A stretch of 32,000 nt of DNA from Geotalea daltonii FRC-32. Lineage in GTDB: Bacteria > Desulfobacterota > Desulfuromonadia > Geobacterales > Geobacteraceae. Below, piece by piece: positions 15,251 through 24,585 of this stretch. Position 1 is the stretch's first letter. Every line of letters starts with the position of its first letter. The stretch covers positions 960,001 through 992,000 of the forward strand of contig NC_011979.1 in NCBI RefSeq assembly GCF_000022265.1, given 5' to 3'. The notes under the pieces are model-generated. The model searched no databases. It worked only from the letters and a program-made list of their open reading frames with translations, and was not told the DNA's origin. Position numbers and translations under genes: made by a program.

Positions 15251-15281
15251 AAAAAAGCCCCCTCCGCAAAGGGGGTTTTTT
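15251..15281 (+). terminator. rho-independent terminator
   Basis: AAAAAAGCCCCCT-CCGCAA-AGGGGGTTTTTT, lying 20 nt after the stop at 15231. Confidence 0.8.
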
Positions 15282-15314
15282 AATTTTTCTCCTTACCGCA
15301 TTCAGGAGGTAAAT

Positions 15315-17420
15315 ATGAACCTCGTTGGATCCCGCCTTCTCAGAATGGCCCTTCTCGCCTTAGCCGCTTTTGGTCTGTCCCTGGCACTTTTCCTTTCCGG
15401 CCTTTTTACCACCTTTGAATTCAAATTCTATGACCTGATGTCACGAAACCTGAATCCAGCCAGGGGCCCAGGTGATATCGTCATTGTGAAAATAGACCAG
15501 CAGAGCCTTGATGCCCTGAGCAGTGAGAACATCAACTGGCCCTGGCCCCGGCAGATGTATGCCCCCCTCCTGGATTACCTGTCCCAGGCTGATGGGGTGC
15601 TGGTCGATATCATCTTTACCGAGCCATCCTCCTACGGTGAAGAAGACGACCTCCTCCTGGCTGAGGCGCTGAAGAAGGCGGGCAATGTTTTCCTTCCCAT
15701 CTTTCTGACCAACGACAATCGGCAGATGGGAGCGGAGGAACTGGCGTTCATGAAGAGTAGCGCCATACCCCATGTCCTCTCCACCCGTCTTATCTACCAG
15801 TCGGCATTAACCAATATCGAAAATATCCGAACTGCCGCCCTCGGTGCAGGAAACGTGGTCATGAAACCCGATGCCGACGGCACCTATCGTCGGGTGCCGC
15901 TCTCCTTCCGGTTTCGCAATGAAACAATCCCTAATTTCGTTCTGGCAAGCCTGCTAAAGGATAAAAAGATAACTGTGCAGGAGGGTAAGTTGTCTGCCGC
16001 CAACAAGCCGCTGCCGCTTTTGGGGGATTCGCTGCTGCTTCGTTTTTATTCGGACCCGGAACCCTTTACCATAATTTCAGCCGCCGACATTTTCAAGTCG
16101 TCCATCGACAGCGAAGCAGGCAGGACGCCTGTTATTGCCAGGGATTTTTTCAAGGGAAAAAGGGTCTTCATCGGCCTCACTGCAGCTGGGCTCTATGATC
16201 TGAAGCCTACCCCCATAACCGCCGTTTCAACGGGGGTCATGGTCCATGCTACGGCGATGGATAATCTGCTGCACCGGCACTTCATCAGGCAGTTGCCGTC
16301 TTTGGCATCAGTTATCCTCATGTTCCTCCTGTCGGGGGCAATTTGCCTCTTTGTTCTTACCCATCATAAATTCAGTACCAACCTGGCGTTCTTTGCTGCC
16401 GCAGCTGCCTTTGTCCTTGGCCTGTCTGGCCTGCTTTTCAAGAACGGCATCTACCTGCAGGTGATTCCTTCTGCGACAGCCCTGGTAGTTGCCATGATTG
16501 CTTCCGTTGCCTTTAGCTATGCCACGGAAGGGAAAGAACGGCGCTTTGTCCGCCGTGCTTTTGCCCAGTATATGGATGAAACGCTGGTCGATTACCTGCT
16601 GCAGAATCCCGACCTGATCAAGCCGGGGGGCCAGCGGCGGCGGGTCTCGGTTTTTTTTGCCGATATCGCCGGCTTCACCACCATAGCCGAGAGATTGCCG
16701 GCAGAGGCCACAGCGAAGATACTCCACACTGCTCTCAACACCTTCAGTGAGGTCATCATCCGCAACCATGGCGTCATCGACAAATATATCGGCGACTGCA
16801 TAATGGCCTTCTGGGGGGCACCCATCGCTAGTGAAGATGACGAGCTCAATGCTTGTCGGGCCGCAGTGGAGTGTCAGGAGGCCCTGGTGGAGATCAATCG
16901 TGGGCTGATAGCAGATGGATTGACGGAAATAGCCATCCGCATCGGCATAAATTCCGGGGATGCCATCGTCGGCAATCTGGGAAGCGACAGGCTCTTCGAT
17001 TTCACCGCCATCGGCGACACGGTCAACCTTGCTTCCCGTCTGGAATCGGCCAACAAGTATTTCAAGACCAGGATCATGGTCAGCGAGGATACTTTCAGCC
17101 GCACGGGAGATGCCTTTATTTCAAGGGAACTGGGCCTGATCGAGGTAAAAGGCAAGTCTCAGCCGATCAGGATCTATGAGCTGCTGGTGGCGGTGGACCG
17201 CTCGGAACTGGAGGTCAAGGCTTTTGCAGAAGCCTATGGGGTGGCGTACCGGACGTTCACCGGCGGCAACTGGCAGGAGTCTGCCGATCTTTTTGCTTCC
17301 TTTCTCGAATCCTATCCCGATGACGGGCCTGCCGCCTATTATTTGAAATGGTGCGGCGATCTGCAGGCAAATCCACCATTGACTAATGACTGGAATGTGA
17401 TAAAAATGACCGAGAAATGA
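15315..17420 (+). CDS. CHASE2 extracytoplasmic sensor fused to a class III adenylate/guanylate cyclase
   Basis: N-terminal TM, an extracytoplasmic region of about 300 aa, then three TM helices. The cyclase core follows: RRVSVFFADIAGFTT, GDCIMAFWGAP, IGINSGDAIVGNLGS and GDTVNLASRLES. SD AGGAGG lies 6 nt upstream of the start. Confidence 0.85.
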   Translation: MNLVGSRLLRMALLALAAFGLSLALFLSGLFTTFEFKFYDLMSRNLNPARGPGDIVIVKIDQQSLDALSSENINWPWPRQMYAPLLDYLSQADGVLVDIIFTEPSSYGEEDDLLLAEALKKAGNVFLPIFLTNDNRQMGAEELAFMKSSAIPHVLSTRLIYQSALTNIENIRTAALGAGNVVMKPDADGTYRRVPLSFRFRNETIPNFVLASLLKDKKITVQEGKLSAANKPLPLLGDSLLLRFYSDPEPFTIISAADIFKSSIDSEAGRTPVIARDFFKGKRVFIGLTAAGLYDLKPTPITAVSTGVMVHATAMDNLLHRHFIRQLPSLASVILMFLLSGAICLFVLTHHKFSTNLAFFAAAAAFVLGLSGLLFKNGIYLQVIPSATALVVAMIASVAFSYATEGKERRFVRRAFAQYMDETLVDYLLQNPDLIKPGGQRRRVSVFFADIAGFTTIAERLPAEATAKILHTALNTFSEVIIRNHGVIDKYIGDCIMAFWGAPIASEDDELNACRAAVECQEALVEINRGLIADGLTEIAIRIGINSGDAIVGNLGSDRLFDFTAIGDTVNLASRLESANKYFKTRIMVSEDTFSRTGDAFISRELGLIEVKGKSQPIRIYELLVAVDRSELEVKAFAEAYGVAYRTFTGGNWQESADLFASFLESYPDDGPAAYYLKWCGDLQANPPLTNDWNVIKMTEK

Positions 17421-17887
17421 GAACTATCAAAATCATCATAATGGGAATTATCTTCCTGCAGCTTGGCGGCATCTCCCTGGCTGCCGATTCGGCGCGGGTC
17501 ATTGTCAAGGAAAACGCCATCCGGGAGCAGTGCCGCTTCTTTTCACCGGTGAAGGCCAAGATCCGGCTCAATGATCTTTTGACCATCACCGGCAAAAGCG
17601 GTGACTGGTACAAGGCCAGCTTCAAAGGGATCAACGGGTGCGTTCACAAAAGCGCCATCGAGCAGAAGTCTTTCAAGTTGGGAAGCCTTGCCGGCTCCAA
17701 GGGAAGGACTGCATCCAAAGACGAGGTCTCACTTGCCGGGAAGGGTTTCAATCCCCAGGTGGAGGCATCCTATAAGGGAAGTCATCCCGAAGCGGATTTT
17801 CGCGCCGTCGACACCATCGAGGGGTTCAAGGTGAGCAGCGAGAGTCTGGGCGAGTTCCTGAAAAACGGGGGATTGAACGAGCAATGA
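17417..17887 (+). CDS. secreted SH3b-domain protein
   Basis: ATGA overlap with the cyclase stop. Signal peptide IIIMGIIFLQLGGISLAA; the SH3-like segment is LLTITGKSGDWYKASFKGINGCVHKSAI. Confidence 0.65.
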   Translation: MRTIKIIIMGIIFLQLGGISLAADSARVIVKENAIREQCRFFSPVKAKIRLNDLLTITGKSGDWYKASFKGINGCVHKSAIEQKSFKLGSLAGSKGRTASKDEVSLAGKGFNPQVEASYKGSHPEADFRAVDTIEGFKVSSESLGEFLKNGGLNEQ

Positions 17888-18747
17888 CCAGGAAACTGCT
17901 TTATATGGCCCTGGCCGGCTCGCTGCTCCTGACCGGCTGCCGGCTTGAAAATCTTTCGGCAGAACAGATCAACCTTATCACCAGCTCTGTTTCCTCTACG
18001 TTCAAGGCTGCCCGGCCTATCAGCGAGGAAGAAGAATATTACGTGGGGCGTGCCGTGGCCGCCAAAATTCTCACCTCGTACCGGCTGGTCAATAACAGGA
18101 ACCTGACCGACTATGTGAATCTGGTCGGTCAGGCAGTGGCCATTCACTCGGAGAAGCCATTCACCTTCGGCGGCTACCATTTTGCCGTTCTGGACAGCAG
18201 CGAAATGAATGCCTTCGCCTGCCCTGGGGGCATTATCTTCATCACCCGCGGCATGGTGGCTGCTGTTAAGAATGAGGATGAACTGGCGGCAGTGCTGGCC
18301 CATGAGGTCGGCCACATCAATCACCGTGACGGCATTGGCGCCATATCCCAGTCCCGCTGGACCGAGGCGCTGACCACCATCGGCAGCGAGGCGGCAAAGA
18401 CTTACGGTTCCAAGGATGTGGCAAAGCTGGTGGGGTTATTTGAAGGTTCCATCGATGACGTTTTCAAGACCCTGGTCGTCAATGGTTACGGCCGCAGCCA
18501 GGAATATGCCGCCGATCAGGCATCGCTCAATTACCTTACCGCCACCGGCTACGATCCCCATGCCCTGAAGGCTTTTCTGGACAGGCTTGTCTCCCGGAGC
18601 AAGGGCTCGGAGGGGGGCATCATGAAAACCCACCCTGCAACCAGGGACCGGGTAGACAATGTTGCCGCCAACATGCCGCAACAGCAGGCCGACACCGCCC
18701 ACTTCAAGGAGCGGAGCCGCCGGTTTGCCTCGATGATGGGTAAATAA
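17884..18747 (+). CDS. M48-family zinc metallopeptidase lipoprotein (LoiP/BepA-like)
   Basis: ATGA overlap with the SH3 gene. Lipobox LLLTGC and zinc site LAHEVGHINHRD; C-terminal THPATRDR. Confidence 0.8.
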   Translation: MTRKLLYMALAGSLLLTGCRLENLSAEQINLITSSVSSTFKAARPISEEEEYYVGRAVAAKILTSYRLVNNRNLTDYVNLVGQAVAIHSEKPFTFGGYHFAVLDSSEMNAFACPGGIIFITRGMVAAVKNEDELAAVLAHEVGHINHRDGIGAISQSRWTEALTTIGSEAAKTYGSKDVAKLVGLFEGSIDDVFKTLVVNGYGRSQEYAADQASLNYLTATGYDPHALKAFLDRLVSRSKGSEGGIMKTHPATRDRVDNVAANMPQQQADTAHFKERSRRFASMMGK

Positions 18748-18786
18748 GCACTTTCTGCACACATCTCCTGCCGACGATGGACTTTC

Positions 18787-20019
18787 ATGACCCTCACCGC
18801 TCTTATCTGTTACTTGCTCGTTGCCGCTGCCGGCTACTTTCTTCGGTTTCTCAATCTGCAGCACCTGAAGAAACATGGCTCGGAAATCCCCCCCGGCTTT
18901 GAAGAGGCCATTGACGCCGGCACCCTGGCAAAAACCTCCGCATATACAGTGGAGCAGAGCAGGCTCGGTCTGGTCGAATCCATTTTCGACAATATTCTGT
19001 TGCTCCTTTTTCTCTTCGGCGGCCTGATTACCGTCTACGACCGATTCATTGCCTCCATCAGCAGTTCTTTCATCTGGAACGGGGTGCTCTTTTTTCTTAT
19101 TCTCACCCTCATCCAAACGTTGCTCGATCTTCCCTTCAGCCTTTACGGCACTTTTCGCCTGGAAAAGCGCTTCGGCTTCAATACCACTACCCCTCAGGTG
19201 TGGGTTTCCGACCTGTTCAAATCCACGGCCCTATCGGCGGTGATTCTCGTCATGCTGACCTCCGGCGCCCTTGCTTTGGTGCAATGGAGCCCGCAACTGT
19301 GGTGGCTGTGGGTATGGGCTTTTTTTGCCGCCGTCTCCATCTTTTTCATGTATGTCTCCCCGTATATCATCGAGCCCCTCTTCCACAAGTTCGAACCGGT
19401 CAAGGATGCGGAGCTGGAAGGAGAGATTCGCGATCTTATGGAAAAGGCCGGACTCCACGTGAGCCGGGTCATGCAGATGGATGCCTCCCGGCGCAGCCGC
19501 CATTCCAATGCCTATTTTACCGGCATTGGCCGGGTCAAGCGGATCGTTCTCTACGATACTCTCCTGGAGCAGATGGACAGGCACGAGATCCTGGCCATCC
19601 TGGCCCACGAGGTTGGACACTGGAAGAAAGGGCATGTGTGGAAGCGCCTGGTGACCACAGAAATCTCCGCCCTGGCAGCACTTTACCTTTCGTACCTGCT
19701 TCTTGAATGGGGAGGGCTGCCGTCGGTGCTCGGTCTGACACAGCTTTCCTTTGCCGGGCAACTGGTGGTTCTCGGCTTCATCAGTTCCGTCATCATGTTT
19801 CCCTTCACCGCCGTCTCAAGCTGGTTCTCGCGTCGCCATGAGTGGGAGGCCGATCAATTTTCCAGGGAGCTGACCGGGAATCCTGCTGCTTTGGCAACGG
19901 CCCTTGTAAAACTGAACAGGGAAAACCTGGGCAATCTCCACCCCCATCCGGTTTATGCCAAATTCTACTATTCCCACCCGCCGGTTGTTGAAAGGGTTGC
20001 GCGGTTGCGGCAGCCATAG
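18787..20019 (+). CDS. integral-membrane M48 peptidase, Ste24/HtpX type
   Basis: Multiple TM helices, LAHEVGHWKKGH, and downstream HEWEADQFS (third ligand region). C-terminal HPPVVERV. Confidence 0.8.
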   Translation: MTLTALICYLLVAAAGYFLRFLNLQHLKKHGSEIPPGFEEAIDAGTLAKTSAYTVEQSRLGLVESIFDNILLLLFLFGGLITVYDRFIASISSSFIWNGVLFFLILTLIQTLLDLPFSLYGTFRLEKRFGFNTTTPQVWVSDLFKSTALSAVILVMLTSGALALVQWSPQLWWLWVWAFFAAVSIFFMYVSPYIIEPLFHKFEPVKDAELEGEIRDLMEKAGLHVSRVMQMDASRRSRHSNAYFTGIGRVKRIVLYDTLLEQMDRHEILAILAHEVGHWKKGHVWKRLVTTEISALAALYLSYLLLEWGGLPSVLGLTQLSFAGQLVVLGFISSVIMFPFTAVSSWFSRRHEWEADQFSRELTGNPAALATALVKLNRENLGNLHPHPVYAKFYYSHPPVVERVARLRQP

Positions 20020-20143
20020 GTTTGGCAGTGGTACGATCAAATCGCCTGTCTACGCAATTTCCGGCGATGCGGCCGCTGCTGCGGTAAAAGGCGGGGTAGA
20101 AGCTGGGCAGCAGTACAGCGGCGAATGGGAAGCTGTTCAAGAA

Positions 20144-20266
20144 ATGACTCTCACTGACTTAAACCATCAGGTCGCTCCCAAGTCGGAATCTTTGCAGTGC
20201 GATGCCTGCCACAGCGAGAACACAATTCGACTTCAAGGTCTGGAGATTAGGAGCCGGAGAAAATAA
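20144..20266 (+). pseudogene. possible relic of the C-terminus of a multiheme c-type cytochrome (or a 40-aa orphan ORF)
   Basis: MTLTDLNHQVAPKSESLQCDACHSENTIRLQGLEI carries one CxxCH in a context reminiscent of the last heme site of octaheme-type cytochromes (memory only). No SD. The frame is open upstream into the preceding gene. Confidence 0.2.
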
Positions 20267-20286
20267 CGGTATGGTTGCAATTGCAA

Positions 20287-20316
20287 AAGGCCCGGCGGGA
20301 TTTCCTGCTGGGCCTT
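20287..20316 (-). terminator. rho-independent terminator of the gsp operon
   Basis: AAGGCCCGGC...GCTGGGCCTT is a 10-bp stem with one G-U pair, extendable by GGGA/TCCT. On the minus strand it is followed by TTTTGCAA. It lies 25 nt downstream of the gspN stop. Confidence 0.6.
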
Positions 20317-20341
20317 CTTGCTTTGTAGGCGAATTGGCTCT

Positions 20342-21181
20342 TTACATGATCGAGGGCTTGCCGAGGGTTCCACGCACCGGCAGCTGGTAATGTCCGGGTG
20401 AGGTCTGGTATTTGAGTAGCAGCAGGAAGACGAACTTCTGCTTTTCCAGGAACTCCGGCCTGGGCATCAGTTCCAGGGTCAGATTCAGTGGAGACGCGCT
20501 CAGGGGGGTGAGCAGGGGCAGGTCCCCCTTGAGACGTGTGTAAAGTCCTTCGCCATCAAAGGTCAGGCTTTCAAGATTTGCCCTGCCGCCGCTGATCTTC
20601 AGCATTCCTTGCACGGTTTTATAGGCGGCATCGGGAAGAGGCATAGGGCCGATTTTTACCCCTTGCAGCTGAGCATCCTTTACTGCAAGTTGCAGTTCCC
20701 CCGATGCCGCAGCCTGTTTTCCCTTGATCGTTCCTTTTCCCCTCAGTTCTCCCTTGGCCTGGGCGCCGGTTACCGTCTGGAAAAAGGGAATGTCTTCCAG
20801 TCGCACGCCGGCCATTTCGAATTTCAGACTTCCTTTTTTCAGGGGACTGAACTCGCCGTCAATGATCCCTTTGCCGATGCTGCCATGGTAGCCGAAGACG
20901 ATTTTGCCGAGAAAGAGCGGCAGGACCCGCAGTTTGACTGAAGCCTTGTCCAGCCTGATCACTGCCCCCTTCTCCGTACCGATCTCCACGCCGCTGCTCC
21001 GTATGCCCAAGGGAAAGGCCAGGCCGAAGCTCCTGCTCTGGAGGGTATAGCCTTCCCTGGCCAGTGCCCGGGCAAAAACCTCCTGCAGTTCTCTCCCGGG
21101 AACGAACAGGATGGTGAGGGCGATGAAACAGATTATGGCAGCCGGGATGCCTGCACCGAACAGGATAAGAGGGCGTTTCAT
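20342..21181 (-). CDS. gspN: type II secretion system protein N-like
   Basis: Last gene of the operon, with an ATGA overlap with gspM. N-terminal TM helix and a periplasmic body of about 250 aa. The assignment rests on position and on my recollection of the Leptospira/Geobacter-type GspN family. Confidence 0.55.
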   Translation of the reverse strand: MKRPLILFGAGIPAAIICFIALTILFVPGRELQEVFARALAREGYTLQSRSFGLAFPLGIRSSGVEIGTEKGAVIRLDKASVKLRVLPLFLGKIVFGYHGSIGKGIIDGEFSPLKKGSLKFEMAGVRLEDIPFFQTVTGAQAKGELRGKGTIKGKQAAASGELQLAVKDAQLQGVKIGPMPLPDAAYKTVQGMLKISGGRANLESLTFDGEGLYTRLKGDLPLLTPLSASPLNLTLELMPRPEFLEKQKFVFLLLLKYQTSPGHYQLPVRGTLGKPSIM

Positions 21182-21726
21182 CGGGTTCCTTGCTGTGAAG
21201 CCTTGATCAGCGCGACGGTCAGGGTAAGGTCAAGCCTGGACGGGTCGTCGAAGCGGGTTTTTAGCAGGGCTTTCTTCACCACCACCGGTTTCGCCCCTTT
21301 TTCCAGTTTGTAGATGAGATTTACCGCATCATTGGCAGAGAGTCCCTCCATCTTGACCTCCGCCGCGTCTTCCACAAAACCTGGCCGGTCTTCGCCCTTG
21401 ACCGGTTTGATCTGGGTGTTTTTGCCCTTGATGCCGATTTCTTCGACGATCTTTGCCGGCGAATCGTCGGGACGGGTGGCGGCGAGGCGGTTGGAAAGCT
21501 TCTGGGCGCCGATATTCGCTTCCATGAAGCGTGCCTTCAGGGTGAGCATCTCCGTTATATCCGCTTCCCGTGCGGCTCTTTTTTTCTCCAGGCGGGTAAT
21601 CCTGCCATTGATCGTCGACAGGATCACGGCCAGGATGAGGATTGCGGCCAGTACCATTCCCCAGCGCAGGCGGGTTTTTTCATCCATGCTTTGCACGGTT
21701 TCCATGAGGAGGTGCAGGTATTTCAT
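21178..21726 (-). CDS. gspM: type II secretion system protein M
   Basis: 182 aa with a single TM (WGMVLAAILILAVILSTI) and a periplasmic domain. 4-nt overlaps on both sides; canonical position after gspL. Confidence 0.6.
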   Translation of the reverse strand: MKYLHLLMETVQSMDEKTRLRWGMVLAAILILAVILSTINGRITRLEKKRAAREADITEMLTLKARFMEANIGAQKLSNRLAATRPDDSPAKIVEEIGIKGKNTQIKPVKGEDRPGFVEDAAEVKMEGLSANDAVNLIYKLEKGAKPVVVKKALLKTRFDDPSRLDLTLTVALIKASQQGTR

Positions 21727-23045
21727 ATGGTTCCCTCCTTGAACGTGCCACGGAGTACGAAGGTGACGCTGCCATCCGGTTTCGATTTGGTTTCGCTAAC
21801 CTCGGCACCGGACAACAGCGATGCCGATTTGGCTTTAAAATCATTTACCGCCTGGAATGATTTTGCATCACCCTTCAGCCGCACCTGGTTTCCATCAATC
21901 TCCGCTTCGAAGACGCCGAAAATGTCGTCCCCCTTTGTTTCCGCCAGGGTTTTCAGGACAATGAGGGTATTGCTGGAGGCCTTGCCGCTGTTCAGCCGCT
22001 TGATCTCCGAGCGGAGTTCGGCAACCTCATCGACAGCCTTTTTGCGGGTGGGAAAAACGTCCCGGTATATCTTGTTGATAGAGCTGTTCAGTGAATCCAG
22101 GTCCTTTTTTACCAGATACCAGCGCAGACCGGCTTCGGCAAAGAGCAGTGCAACTACGCAGCTTGCAAGGATCATTGACAGGCGCAGCTTTTTCCGCGTT
22201 TTTGCCGTCCCGGCCGTATAGGCAAGGTCGCCGCTACGCAGGTTTATGGCATCTCCGGCAATGACAGCCCGGGCCACAGCGTATGCGCCGGCAAGATCCC
22301 TGGCTGCGTCGGCATCTCCGGCAAAGGTTTCGGCAAATTCTCCGTCGATGGCCAGGGGGGAAATGGGTGAAGCCGCCGGGGAAGTGCCCGGTGCATCCTG
22401 CCTCGAATGCCCGCCATGGGCAAAAGCTCGCTCAACGGCAGTCCCTTTGGCGATTTCCACAGCAGCCATGGTCCTTGCCGTTTCACTTTCGCCCCCTGCC
22501 AATACCCGGAAAAAGATCGGCTTTTTATCCTGGTAGACAACCAACGACTCGCCGTCGGTAAGGGCGACCGTGCCGGTGCCGGCTTCTGCCGGGATAAGGC
22601 TCTGCCAGTTGAAAAGTGAAGCGGTAACTATTTCCGGCTCCAGCCCCTTTTCGGCCAGAAGGGCAATTGTCTCCTGCAGCCAGTGGTGTTTGGCCCAGAC
22701 CGCCAGGACCTTTCCCTCGGTCAGGGGCAGTGCATCGAACACCAGTTGGTCCGTATCCACAGCGGTCTCGCCCTTCAGCTCCAGCGGCAGCAGTTCTCTC
22801 ACCTTGCGCCGGTCGGCAATGGGCAGCTCCATTTCCCGCATGAACAGGTGATTTGATGGAATAGCCAGGATCACCCTTCGTTCCTCGGCCTTTTTCGCGG
22901 CAAATTCCTGCAAAAGTACCGGCAGCGAGTCTTCCTGGCTTAAGGGATGCCGTGCAGCTTCAATAAAACTAAGCTCTCCCCGCTTGCTGCGGAAAGTGGC
23001 AAAGACCAGCTCATTTCTCTTCAGTTGGATGATGAGCAGATTCAT
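21723..23045 (-). CDS. gspL: type II secretion system protein L
   Basis: Actin-like cytoplasmic N-domain, single TM (MILASCVVALLFAEAGL) and a periplasmic C-domain. ATGA overlap with gspK. Confidence 0.65.
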   Translation of the reverse strand: MNLLIIQLKRNELVFATFRSKRGELSFIEAARHPLSQEDSLPVLLQEFAAKKAEERRVILAIPSNHLFMREMELPIADRRKVRELLPLELKGETAVDTDQLVFDALPLTEGKVLAVWAKHHWLQETIALLAEKGLEPEIVTASLFNWQSLIPAEAGTGTVALTDGESLVVYQDKKPIFFRVLAGGESETARTMAAVEIAKGTAVERAFAHGGHSRQDAPGTSPAASPISPLAIDGEFAETFAGDADAARDLAGAYAVARAVIAGDAINLRSGDLAYTAGTAKTRKKLRLSMILASCVVALLFAEAGLRWYLVKKDLDSLNSSINKIYRDVFPTRKKAVDEVAELRSEIKRLNSGKASSNTLIVLKTLAETKGDDIFGVFEAEIDGNQVRLKGDAKSFQAVNDFKAKSASLLSGAEVSETKSKPDGSVTFVLRGTFKEGTI

Positions 23046-23968
23046 CAGTATTCTCTCCAGTATAAAACAGTGGGTGTCATGCCGGATGGGCGAACCACCG
23101 CTTCCACCAGCCGGCTGGTCTCTTTGACGAAGGCCTCGGACTGGATACGATAAACGGCTCCCTTGGCGGTGATAAGCAGCATCAGCTCTTGGGCAATGGT
23201 TTCAAAACCTGCAACTTGTGCCAGCTCGGAGGCATTTTTAAAAGGGGTTGTCTTGCGCCGGTCGAGAATCCGAGTCGCCAAGTCGTCGGTTATGTTGTCC
23301 GATAGTGCAGTCAGAACCTCTTTGGGGGCGGTATTAATATTGATCATAGCCGCCACTGATGCAGGGTCAGCATAAACCGTAACAAACGGTCTCAGTTTGG
23401 CAACAATACTGCTGTCGAATCCCTTGATCAGTCTCAGTTCTTCCGTGGTGTCCAGATTGCCGTTTTTTGCCGGGTAGGGAGGCTTCAGCCTGTTGTAGTA
23501 GGCTGATTCAGCCCCTGCCGGACGTGGCTCTTCATTCACATCCAGCCAGTCCACAAGGGCGTCGAGCAGATCCTGGGAAAGGCCCAATTTCTTGAAGAGG
23601 CGCGCCGCCATGTCATACTGGCGCTGGTCAACTGTTCCGTTATTCCCAACAAGGTAGTTAAGATTCAGCTTGCCGCTTTCCTCGGCGATGGAGATCACCA
23701 GTTTTCCCTGCTCTTCTTCAAAAATCAGGGGCTGAGCCCATGGATCAAGGAGAGAGGAGTAGGCCTGCAACGACTGTGTGTACTGGAGCAGCCTGTTCCC
23801 GCCTTCCACCCCCGACGCAGCCAGAATGCTCGCCTGCTGGGCCGCAACATAGTTATGGCTGACCGAGGTGTCCACATAGACTTCATCGACGAACTGGACT
23901 GACAATGCCACCAGCAGTGCGGTAATGAGCAACGTTATGACGAGGGCAAAGCCGCGCTGGTTTTTCAC
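23045..23968 (-). CDS. gspK: type II secretion minor pseudopilin K
   Basis: GTG 23968 overlaps the gspJ stop (GTGA) and gives VKNQRGFALVITLLITALLVAL. The NINTAPKEVLTAL motif is typical of GspK. The listed start 24115 would overlap gspJ by 151 nt. Confidence 0.75.
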   Translation of the reverse strand: MKNQRGFALVITLLITALLVALSVQFVDEVYVDTSVSHNYVAAQQASILAASGVEGGNRLLQYTQSLQAYSSLLDPWAQPLIFEEEQGKLVISIAEESGKLNLNYLVGNNGTVDQRQYDMAARLFKKLGLSQDLLDALVDWLDVNEEPRPAGAESAYYNRLKPPYPAKNGNLDTTEELRLIKGFDSSIVAKLRPFVTVYADPASVAAMININTAPKEVLTALSDNITDDLATRILDRRKTTPFKNASELAQVAGFETIAQELMLLITAKGAVYRIQSEAFVKETSRLVEAVVRPSGMTPTVLYWREY

Positions 23969-24585
23969 GGGCCGGCAATCCTGGGGGTGGCGACGGCGGT
24001 ATATTCCACCGGTTTGTTCCCTTCCTTGATCCGCAGGGTGATCCTCACCGATCTGGGCAGGACATTGTTCAAGGTCGTATCCCAGCTTCTTACCCATTTG
24101 CCGCCGTCGAAACATTCCACGAGAAAGCCTTCCAGCTCCTCCATCTGCGGATAAGGATCCGGCTTGAAATCAAAATGAAAATCCTTCGCCCGGCGGACAA
24201 GGGAAATCCGGTTGTCCTTTTCAACGGGTTCGTAGGCAATTTCCATCAGGTCGGAAACGGGCGCCGTACCGAAATTCGGCGCGGCGATGGAAGTGAATCT
24301 GATGGTTGAAGCCGGTTTACCGAAGAAATCACGGTCCTCAACAACGAACCTGAACTTGTTTTCCACATTGGGCTGACTTGGCTTTCGGAAATAGGTCGAG
24401 CTGATTTCCCGGCGCAGCATGTCCAGGGTGGTGCGGATTTCCCTTCTCGTTTCCATGCCCGATACCGCAGCCTCGCGGCCATTCATCAGCGAGAAGTAGG
24501 TGCCGTACAGGGCTCCACAGATGATTACCAGGAGCGCCATGGCGACTAACAATTCCAGCAGGGTGAAGCCCTTACTTCTTTGCAT
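23965..24585 (-). CDS. gspJ: type II secretion minor pseudopilin J
   Basis: ATG 24585 gives MQRSKG|FTLLELLVAMALL, a prepilin-type leader with Glu at +5. It overlaps the gspI 3' end by 14 nt. Confidence 0.75.
   Translation of the reverse strand: MQRSKGFTLLELLVAMALLVIICGALYGTYFSLMNGREAAVSGMETRREIRTTLDMLRREISSTYFRKPSQPNVENKFRFVVEDRDFFGKPASTIRFTSIAAPNFGTAPVSDLMEIAYEPVEKDNRISLVRRAKDFHFDFKPDPYPQMEELEGFLVECFDGGKWVRSWDTTLNNVLPRSVRITLRIKEGNKPVEYTAVATPRIAGP

Noticed and set aside
20275-20286. Perfect 12-bp palindrome TTGCAATTGCAA next to the gsp terminator
   Set aside because: It could be an operator, but it overlaps the U-tract side of the terminator between convergent genes and has no promoter nearby. 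Most simply it is part of the terminator context.
23969-24115. N-terminal extension of gspK (listed start 24115), and likewise of gspJ (24618)
   Set aside because: The extensions overlap the upstream pseudopilin genes by 151 and 47 nt and would add non-hydrophobic residues before the prepilin motif. Starts at GTG 23968 and ATG 24585 give canonical 6-aa leaders.
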